Of a stretch of DNA of 64,000 bases, positions 59,575-64,000 are shown piece after piece. Position numbers and translations under genes: made by a program. The DNA lies in the NCBI GenBank assembly GCA_035262365.1, contig DATFSZ010000114.1, positions 3,951-67,950 on the forward strand, given 5' to 3'. The stretch comes from Candidatus Binataceae bacterium (GTDB lineage Bacteria > Desulfobacterota > Binatia > Binatales > Binataceae). The notes under the pieces were generated by a model that worked only from the letters and a program-made list of their open reading frames with translations, did not search any database and was not told where the DNA came from. How positions within the stretch are numbered: position 1 is the first letter of the stretch; the number at the start of each line of letters is the position of its first letter.

Positions 59575-59934
59575 ATGCCCTGGACGATAACCCGCCTTTG
59601 CATTGATTGCGTCGATACCGGCTGCGTCAGCGTCTGCCCGGTCGATTGCATCTACGAGTATGTCGGTGAGGACAAAGCCAAATTCCCCAACATGCTCTAT
59701 ATCAACCCCGACGAATGCATCGACTGCGGCGCCTGCGAGCCCGAATGCCCGTGGCAGGCGATCTTCGAGGAACCGGCTGTACCCGACGTGTTCAAGGACG
59801 ACATTCCGCTCAACCATGCGACCCTGGATGAACCAGATTCCTTCAAGGTGAAGCAGCACGAGGGCAAGGAACAGCCCACTCCCGAACAGGTAGCCGCGAA
59901 CAAGGAAAAATGGGGTTACGACCCCAACGCGTGA
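59575..59934 (+). CDS. ferredoxin (FdxA-like, two Cys clusters)
   Basis: [18 protein letters not shown] and [25 protein letters not shown] lies upstream of the ATG. Confidence 0.85.
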   Translation: MPWTITRLCIDCVDTGCVSVCPVDCIYEYVGEDKAKFPNMLYINPDECIDCGACEPECPWQAIFEEPAVPDVFKDDIPLNHATLDEPDSFKVKQHEGKEQPTPEQVAANKEKWGYDPNA

Positions 59935-59945
59935 CCATCACCGGC

Positions 59946-59984
59946 CCGCCCTTGCGGACAGCTTTGAAATGGCCGCGAGGGCGG
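59946..59984. terminator. hairpin between convergent ferredoxin and jag genes
   Basis: CCGCCCTTGCGG, a 15-nt loop, then CCGCGAGGGCGG. This gives a 12-bp stem with one G-U pair. There is no U-tract on either strand. Confidence 0.3.
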
Positions 59985-60050
59985 AGCTTCCAATCAGGCA
60001 GGCTCGGAGTTGTGCGCTAACGATGCAATGATCCGAGCGCCGAGAGCAAT

Positions 60051-61076
60051 TCAAACGATTCGTTTCTGACCGTGCTTGAAGCCGCCTTGCTGGCCCGGGG
60101 TTTCTTGTCCCTCGCGCCGTTGACGGGGCTGGCGGCGTGGTTGACCGCTTTCGCGTTCTCCCGATTCCCGGTTGATATCGGTGGGCACGATCTCGAGCGC
60201 GCGCATGTACCCGTTGCCCATCGAGCGCGTGGTGATCATCGGGTCGTCCTTCAGCGCCAGATGCACGATACGGCGGTCGCGCGGCGGCATCGGCTCCAAC
60301 GCAACCGTCTTGCGCTCGCGCTTGGCCCGCTCACCCATCGCCAATGCCATCCGCTCCAACTGCTGGCCGCGTCGGGCACGGTAAGCGGCGACATCTAGAG
60401 TCACCGGAACCGCGTCCTTGATGCGGCGGGCCACCAGGCGGTTGATCATGTACTCCATCGCATCCAGCGTCTGGCCATGGCGCCCGATGAGGATGCCTGA
60501 ACCGTCGCCCTTGATATCGATATGGATCGATTCGGCGTCGCCGGAAACCGCGGTCTCGGCCTTCTCGCCCATCAAGTCGAGGACCTCCCGGATCAGCCGG
60601 TGAGCCTCCTTGCTTTGCTCATCGAGGTCGGCGCTGCGCCGGGCCGGACCACCGTCGCCGGCGTCCTCTTCGATCCCTTGGGTGCGCGATCCCCGCCCTT
60701 CCTCCACCGGCTCCGCCACCACTTCCTCGGCGGCCGAAAAATCCTCGCGCCGCCCTCGCACCTCGTCGCCGCGAGCCGGTTCCTCACGGCTCCGCGTGAT
60801 GGTGACTTCCGCCGCTGCGGCGCGCATGGTCACGGTTTCCTGGCGGCCCGGCGGTGCGGTAGGAGGCGCGGCGACCTCGCTGCGCGCGCCCTCGGGAGCA
60901 CGACGTCTGACGCGCACCCGCGCGGGACGCGCGCCCAGGCCCAGCAGGCCCGATCTGGGAGTGGCCAGGACCTCGATGGAAACGTCTGCTTCTTCGGCGC
61001 CGAGCTTGGCCAGGGCTTCACGAATCGCCGCTTCGACGCTGGCGCCTTCCGCTTCAATATAGTCGTTAGGGGTCAT
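60051..61076 (-). CDS. jag: Jag/KhpB-type RNA-binding protein (Jag_N, KH, R3H) with expanded low-complexity linker and tail
   Basis: Jag_N is EAEGASVEAAIREALAKLG and KH is GILIGRHGQTLDAMEYMINRL. R3H is PMPPRDRRIVHLALKDDPMITTRSMGNGYMRALEIVP. The gene is in the conserved position after yidC. Confidence 0.8.
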   Translation of the reverse strand: MTPNDYIEAEGASVEAAIREALAKLGAEEADVSIEVLATPRSGLLGLGARPARVRVRRRAPEGARSEVAAPPTAPPGRQETVTMRAAAAEVTITRSREEPARGDEVRGRREDFSAAEEVVAEPVEEGRGSRTQGIEEDAGDGGPARRSADLDEQSKEAHRLIREVLDLMGEKAETAVSGDAESIHIDIKGDGSGILIGRHGQTLDAMEYMINRLVARRIKDAVPVTLDVAAYRARRGQQLERMALAMGERAKRERKTVALEPMPPRDRRIVHLALKDDPMITTRSMGNGYMRALEIVPTDINRESGERESGQPRRQPRQRREGQETPGQQGGFKHGQKRIV

Positions 61077-62740
61077 GCGTTAGCCGGACTCAGCTGTTTG
61101 AATTCGCGGTTGAGGACGTATTGCTGGGCCATCCCCAGCACATTGGAGCAAAAATAATATAACGTCAGACCCGAAGGAAAATTCAGGAACATGATGGTGA
61201 ACACCAGCGGCATCAGCATCATCATCCGCTGCTGGCTGGGGTCGGGCGATTGCGGCGTCATCTGCTGCTGGAAATAGGTGCTGACACCCATCAGCAACAC
61301 CAGCACGGGGATTCCGCCGCAGGGCAGGAACGCGAGCTTGGGAACGTGCGGAATCGGCAGGCATTCAGGCGCCGAAAGGTCGCGGATCCAGCCCACGAAC
61401 GGCGCATGACGCAGCTCCACCGCGTTGAGCAAGGCCTCGTAAAGGCCGATAAAAATCGGCAACTGCAGGAGCATCGGCAGGCATCCGCCCAGCGGGTTGA
61501 CGTGGTTGCGCTTGTAGAGGTCCACCATTTCGCGATTGAGCCGGTCGCGGTCGTCCTTGAACTTCTCGCGCAGCCTTTCGACCTGCGGCTGCAGGCGCTG
61601 CAGACGCATCATCGAACGCTGGCTCTTGATCGACATGGGCAGGAACGCCACTCGGATTGCCACAGTGAGAAGGATGATATCCACGCCCCAGTTGGGCGCG
61701 ATGTAGTGAAATAACTTAAGCGCGCGCAGGAAGGCAAGCGCTAAAATTCCCGACCAGCCGAAGTCGATTGCGCGGTTCAGCAGCGGGTTGACTTCTTCCA
61801 GCGTGGTGAGGTTCTTGGGGCCCATGTAGACGCGCGTTGCCAACCGCACGGCGCCATCGGCCGCGTGTGGTGCGAACAGCATCGCGGCGGTCGCCTCACT
61901 GCCGTTGAAGTCCATCGCGACCGTTCCCTCCTGCGGACTCTTAGGAAGAAAAACCGTCAGGAAGTAACGATCGCCGAACCCGACGTAGGTGATGTTTCCC
62001 TTCAGCGGCTCGACGCCCTTGCGCAGCGCCTTCTCCGCCTTGACCGCGGCCTTGTTGTTGACCAGCGCCTGGATCTCCGGGATGTCGTAGTAGCCCTGAT
62101 GCGCGGTTAGCGGCTCGCTCATGTTGAGGCCGACCGCCTTTACTTCGCCCGGCGGACCGCTAACCTCGGCATCAAGGTTGAAAACGTAGCCGCTGCCCTC
62201 CAAATCGATCGCCTTGGACATCTTCAGCCCTGCCGAGGCGGTCGTAAAGGTCAAATGGGCGTGTTGGAGGTCGTGCAGCACGATCCGGTCTGGCCCGTTG
62301 GAATTATAATTCAGCGTCCGATCGTCAAGCCTGCCGTGGTTGGTTTCGATCACCAGTCCCAATGGCAACTGGCCGCCTGGCGCTGGCGTGACCAATTCCA
62401 TGAGCGGACTGTCGGGACGCGCCGTTTCGCGAAATTTCTTGAGCCGCAAGCTCAGCAGACGGCCGCCCTGGGTGGTGAACTTTGCGATAAAGGTGTCGGT
62501 CTCAACCTCGATTGCACGCGCCGTCGCGGTCCCGGCGGCGGGCATCGAAGTGATTGGCGCGGAAGGCAACGTTGACGGCGCATTAGTCGGAACCGCCGCC
62601 GCACTGGGACTAACCTGGTTCTCGGCCGCGGTCTGCGCCTGTTGCTCCTTGGGCGGATAGAGCCGTTTCAAAACCAGTTCCTGGTAAGCAAGCACCGCCA
62701 CGAAGGACAGAGCCACTGCGATCAAAAGTCGTGTATCCAA
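61073..62740 (-). CDS. yidC: membrane protein insertase YidC
   Basis: 555 aa, with NPLGGCLPMLLQLPIFIGLYEAL and FLNFPSGLTLYYFCSNVLGMAQQ. Confidence 0.9.
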   Translation of the reverse strand: MDTRLLIAVALSFVAVLAYQELVLKRLYPPKEQQAQTAAENQVSPSAAAVPTNAPSTLPSAPITSMPAAGTATARAIEVETDTFIAKFTTQGGRLLSLRLKKFRETARPDSPLMELVTPAPGGQLPLGLVIETNHGRLDDRTLNYNSNGPDRIVLHDLQHAHLTFTTASAGLKMSKAIDLEGSGYVFNLDAEVSGPPGEVKAVGLNMSEPLTAHQGYYDIPEIQALVNNKAAVKAEKALRKGVEPLKGNITYVGFGDRYFLTVFLPKSPQEGTVAMDFNGSEATAAMLFAPHAADGAVRLATRVYMGPKNLTTLEEVNPLLNRAIDFGWSGILALAFLRALKLFHYIAPNWGVDIILLTVAIRVAFLPMSIKSQRSMMRLQRLQPQVERLREKFKDDRDRLNREMVDLYKRNHVNPLGGCLPMLLQLPIFIGLYEALLNAVELRHAPFVGWIRDLSAPECLPIPHVPKLAFLPCGGIPVLVLLMGVSTYFQQQMTPQSPDPSQQRMMMLMPLVFTIMFLNFPSGLTLYYFCSNVLGMAQQYVLNREFKQLSPANA

Positions 62741-62752
62741 GGCACTCCTTAA

Positions 62753-62989
62753 CTAGCGGCCGGATTTGGGCGACGGGCCTTGCGGGACCGGATCGTAATC
62801 GTAGCGGCCCCACGGGTGGCATCGGGCGAGCCGCCGGATCGCGAGGTATCCGCCGCGCCACAGACCATGGCACGCCAGAGCGGTCTTCGCGTAGCGCGAG
62901 CAACTGGGTTCGAAACGGCATGCGATTGCCGACTGCCCGGCCAAAAACGGCGCGAGCAGTGCGTGATACAAATTCAGCATCAATGTCAT
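62753..62989 (-). CDS. yidD: membrane protein insertion efficiency factor YidD
   Basis: CRFEPSCSRYAKTALACHGLWRGGYLAIRRLARCHPWG. I prefer the ATG at 62989 within track ORF 62753..63115. Confidence 0.8.
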   Translation of the reverse strand: MTLMLNLYHALLAPFLAGQSAIACRFEPSCSRYAKTALACHGLWRGGYLAIRRLARCHPWGRYDYDPVPQGPSPKSGR

Positions 62990-63127
62990 TGCGATCACGG
63001 CCGGGCTGCGGCTCGTCGACGCCGCTAACGATGCTGAATCCATGGAAAAACGATATGGTTTTAATTCTCTGGGGTACATATTGCCCATGCCGGGAGTCAT
63101 AACGCCGGATTTCAACTAACCCACCGC

Positions 63128-63475
63128 TCAGCGCTCCGGGCTCTCCGCGGACTCCAACCGCCGCGCCATACCCGACAAGGCGGGCTTCAGTTCCGCGGTT
63201 ACCGCCTGGGTCTTGAGTTGCGCGGCGCCTTTTCGGGCGACAATCATCACCGCGCTTTCGCGTTGCAACACCGCTCTGAGGGAGCATCGAAAGCTTTCGC
63301 GCAGCCTGCGTTTGGTTCGGTTGCGGATCACTGCGTTGCCAATCTGCCGTGAAACGGAAGACCCAAGCCGCGCGACCTGCTGGCCCGGCAGCCGTGCCAG
63401 ATAGATGACGAAATGCGCGGTCTGAAACCGGATTCCCAATTGCCGTACACGCAGGAACTCGGCGCGGCGACGCAA
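63128..63475 (-). CDS. rnpA: ribonuclease P protein component
   Basis: RRRAEFLRVRQLG...SRQIGNAVIRNRTKRRLRE carries the RNR motif. There is no in-frame ATG after rpmH. The TTG at about 63475 is a guess, and the upstream part of track ORF 63128..63685 overlaps rpmH out of frame. Confidence 0.7.
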   Translation of the reverse strand: MRRRAEFLRVRQLGIRFQTAHFVIYLARLPGQQVARLGSSVSRQIGNAVIRNRTKRRLRESFRCSLRAVLQRESAVMIVARKGAAQLKTQAVTAELKPALSGMARRLESAESPER

Positions 63476-63513
63476 ACGAGACCCTTTGCCGAAGCTGGCG
63501 TCGGGTCTGCCGC

Positions 63514-63672
63514 TTAGCCGGGCTGTTTGGACGGGATCGAAACCGTAAGGCGGCGGCGACCCTTGTTGCGCCGGCGTTTCAGCACACGACGTCCGCCGGG
63601 CGTTGCCATCCGGGCGAGGAACCCGTGAGTCCGTTTTCGCCGCCGATTGCTGGGTTGATAAGTCCTTTTCAT
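63514..63672 (-). CDS. rpmH: 50S ribosomal protein L34
   Basis: Not in the ORF track because it is under 60 aa. Hand translation gives [52 protein letters not shown] followed by TAA. It sits in the canonical position upstream of rnpA. Confidence 0.85.
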   Translation of the reverse strand: MKRTYQPSNRRRKRTHGFLARMATPGGRRVLKRRRNKGRRRLTVSIPSKQPG

Positions 63673-63934
63673 CTTTATCTGTCAATTTCTATAGAAGTTT
63701 GCACCGGTTCTCCCACACTCTCAATTGGGATTAAGTGCGGGCACCTGAGGCAAACGGAATAATCCGTACCAGCTTGCCAAGCAGGAAATCGCTGCGAAAA
63801 CCGAGACCCGCCGGTAACATTGCTTGGTCCAATGCAACCACACGGCGGGCCACAGAGCAAGGTACCGCCCTCTCCTGCTGTCGGCCAGCAGGGCAAGGAC
63901 GAAGCACCAGTTCGCTAAGGCTGGATTGCCGCGT

Positions 63935-64000
63935 TTAGGCGGTGCGATCTCTGGTTTTCAGCTCGCGCTCGGCCGCCAGCCAGTCGTCGAGATGGTGGCC
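63935..64000 (-). CDS. 3' end of a gene running off the window, DUF2934-like C-terminus
   Basis: The reverse strand reads ...GHHLDDWLAAERELKTRDRTA followed by TAA at 63935-63937. DDWL.AE.EL resembles DUF2934 proteins. Only 21 codons are visible. Confidence 0.3.
   Translation of the reverse strand, partial: GHHLDDWLAAERELKTRDRTA

Noticed and set aside
63673-63934. Possible RNase P RNA or SRP RNA. CACAGAGCAAGGTACCGCC resembles the RNase P ACAGAGAGCAAACCGCC, and CAGCAGGGCAAGGACGAAGCACC vaguely resembles the SRP GGAAGGAAGCAGC.
   Set aside because: The GGAAAGTCCGG core of RNase P RNA is absent, and the spacer is too short for it. The SRP-like match is not exact and has no symmetric-loop context. 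An Infernal scan would be needed to decide.
1-64000. Mobile elements, prophage genes, toxin-antitoxin pairs, known defence systems, rRNA/tRNA genes and CRISPR arrays.
   Set aside because: I recognised no transposase, integrase, recombinase, nuclease or ATPase defence signatures, and no spaced repeats. Absence is judged by eye only. Systematic scans (ISfinder, PADLOC or DefenseFinder, tRNAscan-SE, Infernal) would be decisive.

Overview
High-GC chromosomal segment from a diderm bacterium (Wza, PagL-like, MlaC and YidC are present). I support about 55 genes and found no rRNA, tRNA, CRISPR array, transposase or integrase.

Layout:
- Left third (1-22 kb), accessory-looking. It holds a truncated sulfotransferase, a secreted parallel beta-helix protein, a 1432-aa G8/CEMIP-like secreted protein and a six-haem lipoprotein cytochrome. 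It also holds a PagL-like deacylase, an esterase, an FAD protein, two family III CoA-transferases, a decayed adenosine-deaminase-like gene, a frameshifted di-haem DUF1111 gene and an orphan MlaC. The cytochrome is flanked by long AT-rich spacers.
- Centre (22.3-49.7 kb). glgP (frameshifted) lies downstream of a ~25-kb, 21-gene, single-strand Wzx/Wzy-type polysaccharide operon. That operon runs wza, wzx, PCP, eight GTs, two acetyltransferases, a Wzy-like gene, a GH-like gene, a priming PGT and rfbBACD. By my start calls, 16 of its 20 junctions overlap.
- 49.6-52.1 kb. A sigma-less partner-switching module (REC-PP2C, STAS, RsbW-like kinase) sits directly upstream of the operon on the same strand. 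A second STAS gene is embedded antisense between the kinase gene and wza.
- Right end. PHP phosphoesterase, Tat sulfatase, mutS2, an acyl-CoA carboxyltransferase and a ferredoxin, then the origin-proximal jag-yidC-yidD-rnpA-rpmH cluster. rpmH is missing from the ORF track and I recovered it by eye.

Most interesting candidates:
- Two degenerate phosphoglycosyltransferase-like domains fused to other modules. One is a doubly degenerate nucleotidyltransferase-LbH-PGT-like protein wedged into the rfb genes.
- The Syp-like partner-switching arrangement with its antisense STAS gene.
- A Wzy-like gene broken inside a (CG)n run.

Four genes are frame-disrupted, so read-level verification is needed before calling them pseudogenes. 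All function calls come from motif recognition by eye, and no database search was possible. Coordinates of features not tied to the ORF track may be off by 1-2 nt.
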